Source: Eledone cirrhosa
Lineage: Eukaryota
Length of the DNA stretch: 64,000 nt
Reading direction: 5' to 3'
Assembly (NCBI GenBank): GCA_964016885.1
Contig: OZ024741.1
Coordinates: 399,032,001 to 399,096,000 of the forward strand
Under the pieces are notes generated by a model. The model saw only the letters and a program-made list of their open reading frames with translations. It was not told where the DNA came from and did not search any database. This document shows positions 36,890 to 52,600 of this stretch, piece by piece. Within the stretch, counting starts at the first letter, position 1. Each line of letters opens with the position of its first letter. The translations under genes were made by a program, and so were the position numbers.

Positions 36890-37079
36890 TCGGATTGGCA
36901 GAATCGGTAGAGCTTCGAACACTATGCTACGCGGCAAAGAGTTACGGCCCTTTACGTTCTAAGTTCAAATCCCGCCGAGGTTAACTCTTTGCTTTTCACC
37001 CTTACGGGGTCGATGAAATAAAGTACCAGTAATGCACTGGGATTAATTACTTGCCTTGTGCCAAAAGTAGAAACAATTA
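36890..37079 (+). mobile_element. SINE S1
   Basis: A/B boxes and core. Confidence 0.85.
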
Positions 37080-37248
37080 TTTTTATTATATTTGCACTCC
37101 AAATAATTTTATTCTTACATCCCCTTCTCCCCCCTCCCCACTTTCTCTCTCTTTCTCTCTCCCTCTCTCCCTCTCTCCTCTCTTTATATATATATATATA
37201 TATATATACCCCTTCCTCTCTCTTTCTTTCTCTGTACCTCACTTTTTC

Positions 37249-37286
<38 letters not shown>

Positions 37287-37517
37287 CTCATTCTCTCTTA
37301 CTCTCCCTTCTTTTCTTCGTTCCTTGATATGTAACAAGTTCTAGCCACGCTTGTAATCTCGCCAGAAGTCACGTGACCACTATTTCAATGTCTCCAGTTC
37401 TGTACACATCAATAGAAAGCCTAGAATCTAATAATTATATGAAAGTGACGTTCAGAATTCCATTTCTCATATCGACTAATTTAAGTAGTGAGTGGAGAGT
37501 ACTTAGGGAAGACTAAA

Positions 37518-37597
<80 letters not shown>

Positions 37598-37627
37598 CCG
37601 TATGTGTTTGTGTATGTGTATTTACGC

Positions 37628-37663
<36 letters not shown>

Positions 37664-37817
37664 AGATCAAAAGATGGTTAAAGGAGTTCCATGTATTTTA
37701 TTATGCGCATTTCAAAAACAAACATCATCATGCAATAATATTTGTGTTTTCATCAGATAAAACAGGAGAACATGATATGAAGGCTAAAAAACACTTGTGG
37801 ATGGTGCAGTTTTAAAT

Positions 37818-37861
<44 letters not shown>

Positions 37862-37963
37862 ATGTAAATAACATAAATACATGCATACAGATAAAAAGCA
37901 TTCCGAAAGGACAAACAATAATGACAATACACACATGTGTGTGTATAGATATAGATATATAGA

Positions 37964-38017
<54 letters not shown>

Positions 38018-38021
<4 letters not shown>

Positions 38022-38183
38022 TTAAAAAGTGAACAACACAAAATATAACTACTCTATTACCAAAGGTTTCTGGACCACAGATGATAGTAGTATACGTGTG
38101 GATCGGTCATCAGACAGAGATTAAATACCTCTCTTCTATACATAGAGCACTCTTTTTTCCTTTGCTTTTCCTTCGGAATTACC

Positions 38184-38186
<3 letters not shown>
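38018..38186. mobile_element. Family C element (second copy, opposite orientation) with complete HHR at 38052-38119 (-)
   Basis: CUCUGU-CUGAUGA…GAAACCUUUGGUA-AUAGAG; tail abuts (CA)n. Confidence 0.85.
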
Positions 38187-38243
<57 letters not shown>

Positions 38244-38273
38244 ACACACACACACACACATACATACACACAT

Positions 38274-38335
<62 letters not shown>

Positions 38336-38723
38336 CTTTGTGTTTATTAGTTCACCACTGGTGATTCCGTTTAGTTAACCATGATATAATAGTAGGAAAA
38401 GCACTGTACGTTACGTAAATCATTCCTTTATCAATTAACTAATTTGTTAATCTGTTTCAACACTTAATTTTAAATCTTTAATTTTTAATTCTTTTTAATT
38501 GTAACATTCAACATTTGATAAGATGGATTACACCGATACATCGAACCCGGTTATATTTTATATATTCTATATACATTATAAAACTCCTTTTTTTTAAATA
38601 TTGTTCCTCTCATTTTTTCAATAATTGTTTCTACTTTATGCAATTATGTCACTCTAATGAATCAAAGAAGAAAAAAAGAAAACAGATTCTTTAAATATAT
38701 TTTTCATGCTATTTCCAATTCCA

Positions 38724-38819
<96 letters not shown>

Positions 38820-38944
38820 CGAGAGAGAAACACACACACATATATATATACACACACACATACATACACACACACACACACACACGCACGTATATATATA
38901 TGTATATATACGTGTGTGTGCGTGTGTGTGTGTCTGTATGTAAA

Positions 38945-38982
<38 letters not shown>

Positions 38983-39138
38983 TGTGTGTATATTGACCAC
39001 ACCCTAGGTCAACGTAGTCTTGTGTATAAAACGGTAAAGAGTGAGGGAGTAAATTCTTAAGATGTTATTCCGTGAAGGAACGGCTATCGTGTCTTGTGGC
39101 TGTTTAGGGAATGTATCATAGTTGTGACACTGATAGAA

Positions 39139-39510
39139 GAGGGGTGAGTGGGTGAGTGGGGGTGAGGGTGTGAGTGGGCGTCGAGGTGGTGGTGAGTGGG
39201 GTGAGTGGGGGTGAGTGAGTGAGCGGGGGTGAGTGGGGGAGTGGGGGGAGTGGGGGAGTGAGTGAGCGGGGGTGAGTGGGGGTGAGTGAGGGTGAGGGGC
39301 GTGCGTGTGGGGGTGAGTGGAGGTCAGTGTGGTGGTGAGTGGGGGTGAGTGGGGGTGAGTGTGGGGGGAGTGGGGAGTGAGTGAGCGGGGGTGAGTGGGG
39401 GTGAGTAGGGGTGAGTGAGGGTGAGGGGCGTGAGTGTGGGGGTGAGTGGAGGTCAGTGTTGTGGTGAGTGGGGGTCAGTGTGGGGGTGACTGGTGGTGAG
39501 TGGGCGGTTT
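39139..39510. repeat. G-rich degenerate (GGGGGTGAGT)n repeat
   Basis: Many G4-7 runs. Confidence 0.85.
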
Positions 39511-39952
39511 CCGTATCATTTAAGAAGTGTGTGTGGATGTGTGTGAGTTTCTGTAGGCATGTGTGTGTGTGTTTCAGTATGTGAGCATCTGTAAGTGTCT
39601 GTGTGAGTGAGTGTTTCTTTCAGTGTGTGACTGTCTGTGAGTGTGAGGGTGTGTGTGTGTATCTGTGTATCAGTGTCTGTGTCTGTGAGTGTGTCTGTGA
39701 GTGTGTATCAGTGTGTGTGTATCTGTGTATCAGTGTGTGAGTGTCTGTGAGTGTGAGGGTGTGTGTGTGTATCTGTGTATCAGTGTGTGAGTGTCTGTGA
39801 GTGTGTCTGTGAATGAATGTGTATCAGTGTGTGTGTGTGTGTGTGTGTGTGTATCAGTGTGTATGTTTGTATCAATGTGTATCAGTGTGTGTGTGTGTGT
39901 GTGTGTATCAGTGTGTATGTTTGTATCAATGTGAATAATAATACAGTAATAA

Positions 39953-40042
39953 TAATTGTCTCTACTATTGGCACAAGGCCAGCAATTACCCCACTGGTAC
40001 TTTATTTTATCGACCCCGTCCTATGAGGCAAAGTTAACCTCA
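39953..40042 (-). mobile_element. SINE S1 3' fragment
   Basis: Core and tail match. Confidence 0.7.
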
Positions 40043-40120
40043 TAATAACGTTAATTTCACAAGCAGGCTGTTCCGTAGATTGTATTAACTGGAACACTGG
40101 TCGTTGTAACCGACGAGTGT

Positions 40121-40445
<325 letters not shown>

Positions 40446-40625
40446 TATATATATATAGATAATTTAATATATCTACTAACATAAGCGCACAGATGTACGC
40501 TAATGCCAGAAAATACACAGGTTATGTCATAGTACCTAGGTGGTTCAATGCAGGAGGATGCAGAACAATAATATAAAAGACGTAAAATAAGAAAATTAAA
40601 AAAAAAAAAAATTAACTTACTTACT

Positions 40626-40704
<79 letters not shown>

Positions 40705-40919
40705 CGGCGATGAATTAGTTTAGCGAGGTTTTTTATATGGCGTAGACATACAACACAACAGGAGGAAAAGATATAACACCACTGCCGATGTTGCAGATGT
40801 GCAACGAAAGATTTATGATAAACTATATATATGTGTTTGTGTCTATATTGTATCTGTATTATTTTTGACCGTCGGTCAGTCAATGGCAACATTGAGGACC
40901 GAGTAAGTTAGATCGCAGA

Positions 40920-41125
<206 letters not shown>

Positions 41126-41141
41126 GTTTATATATATATAC

Positions 41142-41215
<74 letters not shown>

Positions 41216-41250
41216 GTATATATATACATATATATATATGTATATATATG

Positions 41251-41329
<79 letters not shown>

Positions 41330-41335
41330 GTATAT

Positions 41336-41540
41336 AACGAAGGAATTGTGGTAAGGAACCAGATGGACCATAACGCACCAGAGTACTCAATACTTAGGGT
41401 AGTAGAGTGGGTAATAGGAAAAAGTATGACCCCGACGGCAGAGCTCAAGCCGTTTCGACGGCTATTTCTAGACTCTTAACGTCTAGAAATAGCCGTCGAA
41501 ACGGCTTGAGCTCTGCCGTCGGGGTCATACTTTTTCCTAT
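41336..41540. mobile_element. Family A tail+hairpin mini-element (perfect arms)
   Basis: ~66-bp perfect inverted arms. Confidence 0.9.
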
Positions 41541-41793
41541 ATATGTATATATATATAAAAAACACCAAAATACCAAAATAACACAAAACATTAGAAATAT
41601 CCAGAGATATATTTTAATGACGAGTGATTTAAATGGAAAACTATTGACACCAAGTTACATTTGGTTCTTTAGTGTCTAAGTTACAGTATTTAGACAAACA
41701 CTAATCTATGATCAGATATTTTACACATATTTTACACATTGTTTACATAAGCAAATCTACATGCTAGGCATATCTTGTTCCCGTAAATACAAA

Positions 41794-41882
<89 letters not shown>

Positions 41883-41885
41883 GTC

Positions 41886-41947
<62 letters not shown>

Positions 41948-42845
41948 ATACAGAGAGGGAAAGAGAGAGAGAGATAGATAGAGAGAGAGAGATGTGTGTG
42001 TGTGTGTATGTATATACATACATTTGTATATATGTGTGTATGTGCGTGCATATACACACAAACATCCATTCATTCACACACACACACACACCACTCACCT
42101 TGACACTTACTAAATTACAATGATAGATATACGTAGAAATTTAATTAAGGAATCGAACCAAACTAACAAACTAACAAACTAACAAAAAATAAAATACTAA
42201 TAAAATGGAGTCGCTATCCTAGTTTGTATTAAGCTACATAATATTGTCCTTAAATTATCTCTTGTCAGATATGACGTTTATCATCAGCCATGCAAATACT
42301 ACTTTGCTTGCCAACAATTGCATGAAACAACCTGTAATGACAGCTTTAGGACTTTAGCAAAACATATAGTAATCAATTTGTAGCGATCAATTCGGATTAT
42401 GCGTAGGAGAGACAAGTAGGATTGTAAAAGCTCTAATACTGTGTAATAGTATAATGGTATTTGAGAAAGCAGAAACTAAAAGCAAAAAACATTATGACGG
42501 GGAATATATGGTGATTAACGAGTGTGTGGGAGTTTCTCATTCATAATTGCTTGTAGGGTTGACTGGGTTTGTTTTTGGGGGGTTTTTATTATTATTTCTT
42601 TGTTGGGAGAGGTGTTCTGTCCACTGGGAGAAGGGAGGTTCTTGTTGCTTTAAAATTATTTAAGTTGGATATGGGTGAAGAAAAACTGTTATATTGTAAA
42701 GAATTGGCATTAAATGACGTATATACAGTTGTATATGTATGCATGTATGTATATAAACGTATTATGTGTGAGTGTGTATGTATGTAAGTATGTGTATATT
42801 AATGTAAGTATGTAAGTATATCTATATATAAACATACCAATATAC

Positions 42846-42915
<70 letters not shown>

Positions 42916-43057
42916 GTATATTGGTATGTTTATATATATATATATATGTTTGTATATATATGTGTATATAAGTATGTATATATACATGTGAATGTAAGCA
43001 TTATACTAATACATTTCTACATTGTATGTGTTGTTTGCTTTGTTATTTCTGTTTACC

Positions 43058-43108
<51 letters not shown>

Positions 43109-43114
43109 AGCATG

Positions 43115-43170
<56 letters not shown>

Positions 43171-43411
43171 CATGTATATATATATATATATGTATATATG
43201 TGTGTGTGTGTCTGTATGTGTGTGTATATGTGTGTGTGGGGGGAGGGGGGTATGTGGGTGTGTGTATGTGTGTGGGTGGGTGTATGTGTGTGTGTGTGTG
43301 TACTGTAAACCTAGAGGGGGATATTCTATTAAAACACATTGTTACGTATCTGTATGTAAAGTAAATGTGTTAGAATTACATGTTTCTTTAAAACATGAAT
43401 TTAACCATAAT

Positions 43412-43526
43412 ACCTACATTACATGGAGGTTGAAATAATGTGGCTTTATTACACCTTGCACTACATTTCCCACATGGTTATTTCAAATACTATACATGAA
43501 CACACACATATATATATATACACACT

Positions 43527-43588
<62 letters not shown>

Positions 43589-43710
43589 TATACGCCCACA
43601 TACACACATGCACACTACCTACATTACATGGAGGTTGAAATAATGTGGATTTATTACACTTTGCACTACATTTCCCACATGGTTATTTCAAATACTATAC
43701 ATGAACACAC

Positions 43711-43725
<15 letters not shown>
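43412..43725. repeat. ~100-bp direct duplication separated by (CA)n
   Basis: CTACATTACATGGAGGTTGAAATAATG…CATGAACACAC twice. Confidence 0.85.
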
Positions 43726-43777
<52 letters not shown>

Positions 43778-43784
43778 ACCCCCC

Positions 43785-43815
<31 letters not shown>

Positions 43816-43920
43816 ATACACACATATAAACTACTAACGTTACCAATCATATTTCTGGAATTGAAAAGGATCAATTTGTTTTGCAAGGTTTTAGATGTGA
43901 AATTGTGTGTTGAAAGAAAT

Positions 43921-44193
43921 ATTGTTATATTTGGGGAGGGTCATATTGTTATATTTTGGGAGGGTCATATTGTTTTATTTGGGGAGGGTCATATTGTTAC
44001 ATTTGGAGGGGGTCATATTGCTATATTTGGGGAGGGTCATATTGTTATATTTGGGTAGGGTCATATTGTTTTATTTGAGGAGGGTCATATTGTTATATTT
44101 AGGGAGGGTCATATTGTTATAGTTGGGGTGGGTCATATTGTTATAGTTGGGGAGGGTCATATTGTTATAGTTGCGGTGGGTCATATTGTTATA
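43921..44193. repeat. 24-bp tandem repeat x11, ATTGTTATATTTGGGGAGGGTCAT
   Basis: Direct reading; matches the family F terminus. Confidence 0.95.
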
Positions 44194-44285
44194 ATATTGC
44201 CAAAATATAGTAAAACACTCTCACTGTTTGTTTGGTTTTTGCTTCAGTTTATTTCTATATTTTTATAATCAACGTTTATCATTAC

Positions 44286-44357
44286 AGGGTCGATAAAACA
44301 AAGTACCAGTAATGTACTGGATAATTGCTTGCCTTGTGCCAAAAGTAGAAACAATTA
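44286..44357 (+). mobile_element. SINE S1 3' fragment
   Basis: GGGTCGATAAAA…AAAAGTAGAAACAATT. Confidence 0.75.
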
Positions 44358-44560
44358 TAATCAATATATATCATTCCAATCAATATATATCATTATAATC
44401 AATATATATCATTCCAATCAATATATATCATTATAATCAATATATATCATTCCAATCAATATATTTCATTATAATCAATATATTTCATTATAATCAATAT
44501 ATATCATTCCAATCAATATATATCATTATAATCAATATATATCATTCCAATCAATATTTA
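44354..44560. repeat. 19-bp minisatellite with mostly alternating TTATA/TTCCA variants (38-bp dimer)
   Basis: ATTATAATCAATATATATC / ATTCCAATCAATATATATC. Confidence 0.9.
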
Positions 44561-44665
44561 TTATTGACCAGTTACAAATATAAATACAAATGTTTGAGAG
44601 TGTTTTACTATTTTGTTTCTGGCATTATTAGGACAACATGAACCTCTTCGAATATAGTAATATAT

Positions 44666-44845
44666 TTGTTTCTACTTTTGGCACAAGGCCAGCAATTATT
44701 CCAGTGTATTACTGGTACTTTATTTTATCGACCCCGTAAGGCAAAGTTGACCCCGGCGGGATTTGAACTCAGAACGTAAAGGGTCGTAAGTGTATGACAA
44801 AAAACATAATGTCTGACGCTCTACCGATACTGCCAATCCACCGCC
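44666..44845 (-). mobile_element. SINE S1
   Basis: Match to 29009-29200. Confidence 0.85.
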
Positions 44846-45411
44846 CTTATATAATTGTTTCTGCTTTTGGCACAAGTCCCCCCCCCCTCCTTTATTTTTA
44901 CAAAAATCCCTCCCACCACTCCCCTTGTATTCAGTACATCGTCTCTTACGAAGCTTGGCTGAAATATTCATTGGCTAACCAAGATACTCTCATGGAATGA
45001 CCAAATGAGGTTTATTTTTCCACATAGTCCCTGGAAAGAAACAATGCAGTTATTAATAAGAAGAGTTGGAATTAAGGCATGCAAGATATCACAGCTCTAG
45101 CATCACCCCTTCATAGTAAGCCTATGAACTTTCCAGCCTACCCTCGTAATAACAAGATCTTTTCTTTTATATTTTATTTATTTATTCTTTCCTTCCTCCC
45201 TCACAATTCTCCTCACAGATCAACTTGGAAATGTAATAGTCTCTTCTATTACAGAGCCGGTGTATAATGTAGGGTTTTACTTCTATTACATACGTTAGAG
45301 ACGTTATTTTGACAAGCCGGAAATATGGGAAATTGATCGAGTGAAGCAGGTGGGAAAGGGAAAGCAGGGGCACCATACACCGTGACGTAACAGGTGGTGA
45401 TAGAGATAGAT

Positions 45412-45481
<70 letters not shown>

Positions 45482-45582
45482 GGAGAGAAAGAGAGGGAGA
45501 GAAAGAGAGGGAGAGACCAGACATCGTGTTTGGTTTTTGCATGATAAATACTGTTTTAAAGACATATATACACACACGCCCT

Positions 45583-45653
<71 letters not shown>

Positions 45654-45752
45654 CCATATATATATATGTCTGTAAAAGGTAAACAGAAATAACAACACAA
45701 TCGGTACAGTATATGGAAGGAATATATTAGGTTAACGCTTGCTATAGCAGGA

Positions 45753-45787
<35 letters not shown>

Positions 45788-45825
45788 TGCGTTGCTGAGA
45801 CCGGAGAGACCAATAATCATGGGAG

Positions 45826-45859
<34 letters not shown>

Positions 45860-46660
45860 GAGACACACACACACACATATATATATATATTGTGTGCGCA
45901 TTTATATATATATGTGTGTATGTATGTATTTTTGTGTATATAAATATATGTGTGTGTGTGTGTGTGTGTGCGTGTTTGTATGTGTATATATATATATGTG
46001 TGTGTGTGCGTATGTATATATATATGTGAGTGTGTGTGTGCGTGTGTGTGTGCGTATTTGTATGTGTGTATATATGTTTGTGTGTGTGTATGTATGTATG
46101 TATATATATATGTGTGTGTGTGTGTGCGTGTATGTATGTGTGTATATATACATATGTGTGTGTACGTATGTATATATATGTGTGTGTGTGTGCGTGTATG
46201 TATGTGTGTATATATACATATGTGTGTGCGTGTGTGCGTGTGTGCGTGTATGTATATATATGTGTGTGTATATATTTATATATATGTGTGTGTGTTTGTG
46301 TGTGTGTATTATATACAAATGAGTACAATGGAATGTTATACATTGTCAGCGAAACATGAAGAGAGAATGTAAAATATGATGTAGAGTGATATTGTTTATT
46401 TCCCCCAGAATTCTGAGATTTTCTTCTTCCAGTTTACAACACTATCTACATTTCGTACCTTTTGTCTTTTGTCTTTCTTTGTTTTTGTTACCATCTGTTG
46501 GTGTTTATTACATTACACATTGCTTTTATATACATCGGAATATTCTCTTTCTCAGATATATCGGGGTTGGCATTTACTTTCTATGTTTGTCTATGTCATT
46601 GTTTCATTGTTTCATTTAAGTTGTTAATTCACATCTATCCGTCTATAAGATTTCACTCAC

Positions 46661-49600
46661 AAAAACTGGACAACCTGAGGCTATGATACAAAAAACTTAA
46701 CCTAAGAACCATAAAAACTGGACAACATGAGGCTATAATAGTAAAACCCTTGACCTAAGAACCATAAAAACTGGACAACATGAGGCTATAATAGTAAAAC
46801 CCTTGACCTAAGAACCATAAAAACTGGACAACATGAGGCTATAATAGTAAAACCCTTGACCTAAGAACCAGAAAAACTGGACAACATGAGGCTATAATAG
46901 TAAAACCCTTGACCTAAGAACCATAAAACCTGAACAACATGAGGCTATAATAGTAAAATCCTTGACCTAAGAACCATAAAAACTGGACAACATGAGGCTA
47001 TAATAGTAAAAGCCTTGACCTAAGAACCATAAAAACTGGACAACATGAGGCTATAATAGTAAAGCCCTTGACCTAAGAACCATACAAACTGGACAACATG
47101 AGGCTATAATAGTAAAACCCTTGACCTAAGAACCATAAAAACTGGACAACATGAGGCTATAATAATAAAACCCTTGACCTAAGAACCATAAAAACTGGAC
47201 AACATGAGGCTATAATAATAAAACCCTTGACCTAAGAACCATAAAAACTGGACAACATGAGGCTATAATAGTAAAACCCTTGACCTAAGAACCATAAAAA
47301 CTGGACAAGATGGGGCTATAATAGTAAAACCCTTGACCCAAGAACCATAAAAACTGGACAACATGAGGCTATAATAGTAAAACCCTTGACCCAAGAACCA
47401 TAAAAACTGGACAACATGAGGCTATAATAGTAAAACCCTTGACCTAAGAACCATAAAAACTGTACAAGATGGGGCTATAATAGTAAAACCCTTGACCCAA
47501 GAACCATAAAAACTGGACAACATGAGGCTATAATAGTAAAACCCTTGACCTAAGAGCCATAAAAACTGGACAACATGAGGCTATAATAGTAAAACCCTTG
47601 ACCTAAGAACCATAAAAACTGGACAACATGAGGCTATAATAGTAAAACCCTGGACCTAACAACCATAAAAACTGGACAACATGAGGCAATAATAGTAAAA
47701 CCCTTGACCTAAGAACCATAAAAACTGGACAAGTTGGGGCTATAATAGTAGAACCCTTGACCCAAGAACCATAAAAACTGGCCAACATGAGGCTATAATA
47801 GTAAAACCCTTGACCTAAGAACCATAAAAACTGGACAACATGAGGCTATAATAGTAAAACCCTTGACCTAAGAACCATAAAACCTGAACAACATGAGGCT
47901 ATAATAGTAAAACCCTTGACCTAAGAACCATAAAAACTGGACAACATGAGGCTATAATAGTAAAAGCCTTGACCTAAGAACCATAAAAACTGGACAACAT
48001 GAGGCTATAATAGTAAAGCCTTTGACCTAAGAACCATACAAACTGGAGAACATATGGCTGTAATAGTAAAATCCTTGACCTAAGAACCATAAAAACTGGA
48101 CAACATGAGGCTATAATAATAAAACCCTTGACCTAAGAACCATAAAAACTGGACAACATGAGGCTATAATAGTAAAAACCTCGACCTAAGAACCATAAAA
48201 ACTGGACAAGATGGGGCTATAATAGTAAAACCCTTGACCCAAGAACCATAAAAACTGGACAACATGAGGCTATAATAGTAAAACCCTTGACCTAAGAACC
48301 ATAAAAACTGAACAACATGAGGCTATAATAGTAAAACCCTTGACCTAAGAACCATAAAAACTGTACAAGATGGGGCTATAATAGTAAAACCCTTGACCCA
48401 AGAACAATAAAAACTGGACAACATGAGGCTATAATAGTAAAACCCTTGACGTAAGAACCATAAAAACTGGACAACATGAGGCTATAATAGTAAAACCCTT
48501 GACCTAAGAACCATACAAACTGGACAACATGAGGCTATAATAGTAAAACCCTTGGCCTAAGAACGATAAAAACTGGACAACATGAGGCTATAATAGTAAA
48601 ACCCCTGACCCAAGATTTATAAAAACTGGACAACATGAGGCTATAATAGTAAAACCCTTGACCTAAGAACCATAAAAACTGGACAACATGAGGCTATAAT
48701 AGTAAAACCCTTGACCTAAGAACCATAAAAACTGGACAACATGAGGCTATAATAGTAATACCCTTGACCTAAGAACCATAAAAACTGGACAAGATGAGGC
48801 TATAATAGTAAAACCCTTGACCTAAGAACCATAAAAACTGGACAACATGAGGCTATAATAGTAAAACCCTTGACCTAAGAACCATAAAAACTGGACAACA
48901 TGAGGCTATAATAGTAAAACCCTTGACCTAAGAACCATAAAAACTGGACAACATGAGGCTATAATAGTAAAATCCTTGACCTAAGAACCATAAAAACTGG
49001 ACAACATGAGGCTATAATAGTAAAACCCTTGACCTAAGAATCATAAAAACTGAACAACATGAGGCTATAATAGTAAAACCCTTGACCTAAGAAGCATAAA
49101 AACTGTACAAGATGGGGCTATAATAGTAAAACCCTTGACCCAAGAACCATAAAAACTGGACAACATGAGGCTATAATAGTAAAACCCTTGACGTAAGAAC
49201 CATAAAAACTGGACAACATGAGGCTATAATAGTAAAACCCTTGACCTAAGAACCATACAAACTGGACAACATGAGGCTATAATAGTAAAACCCTTGACCT
49301 AAGAACCATAAAAACTGGACAACATGAGGCTATAATAGTAAAACCCCTGACCCAAGAATTATAAAAACTGGACAACATGAGGCTATAATAGTAAAACCCT
49401 TGACCTAAGAACCATAAAAACTGGACAACATGAGGCTATAATAGTAAAACCCTTGACCTAAGAACCATAAAAACTGGACAACATGAGGCTATAATAGTAA
49501 AATCCTTGACCTAAGAATCATAAAAGCTGGACAACATGAGGCTATAATAGTAAAACCCTTGACCTAAGAACCATAAAAACTGGACAACATGAGGCTATAA

Positions 49601-52600
49601 TAGTAAAATCCTTGACCTAAGAACTATAATAACTGGACAACATGAGGCTATAATAGTAAAACCCTTGACCTAAGAACCATAAAACCTGAACAACATGAGG
49701 CTATAATAGTAAAACCCTTGACCTAAGAACCATAAAAACTGGACAACATGAGGCTATAATAGTAAAACCCTTGACCTAAGAACCATAAAAACTGGACAAC
49801 ATGAGGCTATAATAGTAAAAGCCTTGAACTAAGAACCATAAAAACTGGACAACATGAGGCTATAATAGTAAAACCCTTGACCTAAGAACCATAAAAACTG
49901 GACAACATGAGGCTATAATAATAAAACCCTTGACCTAAGAACCATAAAAACTGGACAACATGAGGCTATAATAATAAAACCCTTGACCTAAGAACCATAA
50001 AAACCGGACAAGATGTGGCTATAATAGTAAAACCCTTGACCCAAGAACCATAAAAACTGGACAACATGAGGCTATAATAATAAAACCCTTGACCTAAGAA
50101 CCATAAAAACTGGACAACATGAGGCTATAATAATAAAACCCTTGACCTAAGAACCATAAAAACTGGACAAGATGGGGCTATAATAGTAAAACCCTTGACC
50201 CAAGAACCATAAAAACTGGACAACATGAGGCTATAATAGTAAAACCTTTGACCTAAGAACCATAAAAACTGGACAACATGAGGCTATAACAGTAAAACCC
50301 TGGACCTAACAACCATAAAAACTGGACAACATGAGGCTATAATAGTAAAACCCTTGACCCAAGAACCATAAAAACTGGACAAGTTGGGGCTATAATAGTA
50401 AAACCCTTGACCCAAGAACCATAAAAACTGGACAACATGAGGCTATAATAGTAAAACCCTTGACCTAAGAACCATAAAACCTGAACAACATGAGGCTATA
50501 ATAGTAAAACCCTTGACCTAAGAACCATAAAAACTGGACAACATGAGGTTATAATAGTAAAACCCTTGATCTAAGAACCATAAAAACTGGACAACATGAG
50601 GCTATAATAGTAAAAGCCTTGACCTAAGAACCATAAAAACTGGACAACATGAGGCTATAATAGTAAAGCCCTTGACCTAAGAACCATACAAACTGGAGAA
50701 CATAAGGCTGTAATAGTAAAACCCTTGACCTAAGAACCATAAAAACTGGACAACATGAGGCTATAATAATAAAACCCTTGACCTAAGAACCATAAAAACT
50801 GGACAACATGAGGCTATAATAATAAAACCCTTGACCTAAGAACCATAAAAACTGGACAACATGAGGCTATAATAGTAAAACCCTTGACCTAAGAACCATA
50901 AAAACTGGACAAGATGGGGCTATAATAGTAAAACCCTTGACCCAAGAACCATAAAAACTGGACAACATGAGGCTATAATAGTAAAACCCTTGACCTAAGA
51001 ACCATAAAAACTGGACAACATGAGGCTATAATAGTAAAACCCTTGACCTAAGAACCATAAAAACTGTACAAGATGGGGCTATAATAGTAAAAACCTTGAC
51101 CCAAGAACCATAAAAACTGGACAACATGAGGCTATAATAGTAAAACCCTTGACGTAAGAACCATAAAAACTGGACAACATGAGGCTATAATAGTAAAACC
51201 CTTGACCTAAGAACCATACAAACTGGACAACATGAGGCTATAATAGTAAAACCCTTGACCTAAGAACCATAAAAACTGGACAACATTAGGCTATAATAGT
51301 AAGACACTTGACCTAAGAACCATAAAAACTGGACAACATGAGGCTATAATAGTAAAACCCCTGACCCAAGAATTATAAAAACTGGACAACATGAGGCTAT
51401 AATAGTAAAACACTTGACCTAAGAACCATAAAAACTGGACAACATGAGGCTATAATAGTAAAACCCTTCACGTAAGAACCATAAAAACTGGACAACATGC
51501 GGCTATAATAGTAAAACACTGGACCTAAGAACCATAAAAACTGGACAACATGAGGCTATAATAGTAAAACCCTTGACCTAAGAACCATAAAAACTGAACA
51601 ACATGAGGCTATAACAGTAAAACCCTGGACCTAACAACCATAAAAACTGGACAACATGAGGCTATAATAGTAAAACACTTGACCTAAGAACCATAAAAAC
51701 TGGACAAGTTGGGGATATAATTATTAAAACCCTTGACCCAAGAACCATAAAAGCTGGACAAGATGAGGCTATAATAGTAAAACCCTTGACCTAAGAACCA
51801 TAAAAACTGGACAACATGAGGCTATAATAGTAAAACCCTTGATCTAAGAACCATAAAACCTGAACAACATGAGGCTATAATAGTAAAACCCTTGACCTAA
51901 GACCCATAAAGACTGGACAACATGAGGCTATAATAGTAAAACCCTTGACCTAAGAACCATAAAAACTGGACAACATGAGGCTATAATAGTAAAAGCCTTG
52001 ACCTAAGAACCATAAAAACTGGACAACATGAGGCTATAATAGTAAAGCCCTTGACCTAAGAACCATACAAACTGGAGAACATAAGGCTGTAATAGTAAAA
52101 CCCTTGACCTAAGAACCATAAAAACTGGACAACATGAGGCTATAATAATAAAACCCTTGACCTAAGAACCATAAAAACTGGACAACATGAGGCTATAATA
52201 ATAAAACCCTTGACCTAAGAACCATAAAAACTGGACAACATGAGGCTATAATAGTAAAACCTTTGACCTAAGAACCATAAAAACTGGACAAGATGGGGCT
52301 ATAATAGTAAAACCCTTGACCCAAGAACCATAAAAACTGGACAACATGAGGCTATAATAGTAAAACCCTTGACCTAAGAACCATAAAAACTGGACAACAT
52401 GAGGCTATAATAGTAAAACCCTTGACCTAAGAACCATAAAAACTGTACAAGATGCGTCTATAATAGTAAAACCCTTGACCCAAGAACCATAAAAACTGGA
52501 CAACATGAGGCTATAATAGTAAAACCCTTGACGTAAGAACCATAAAAACTGGACAACATGAGGCTATAATAGTAAAACCCTTGACCTAAGAACCATACAA

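Noticed and set aside
37367-37378. GTCACGTGAC E-box/CLEAR palindrome
   Set aside because: Single short motif with no associated gene or promoter evidence
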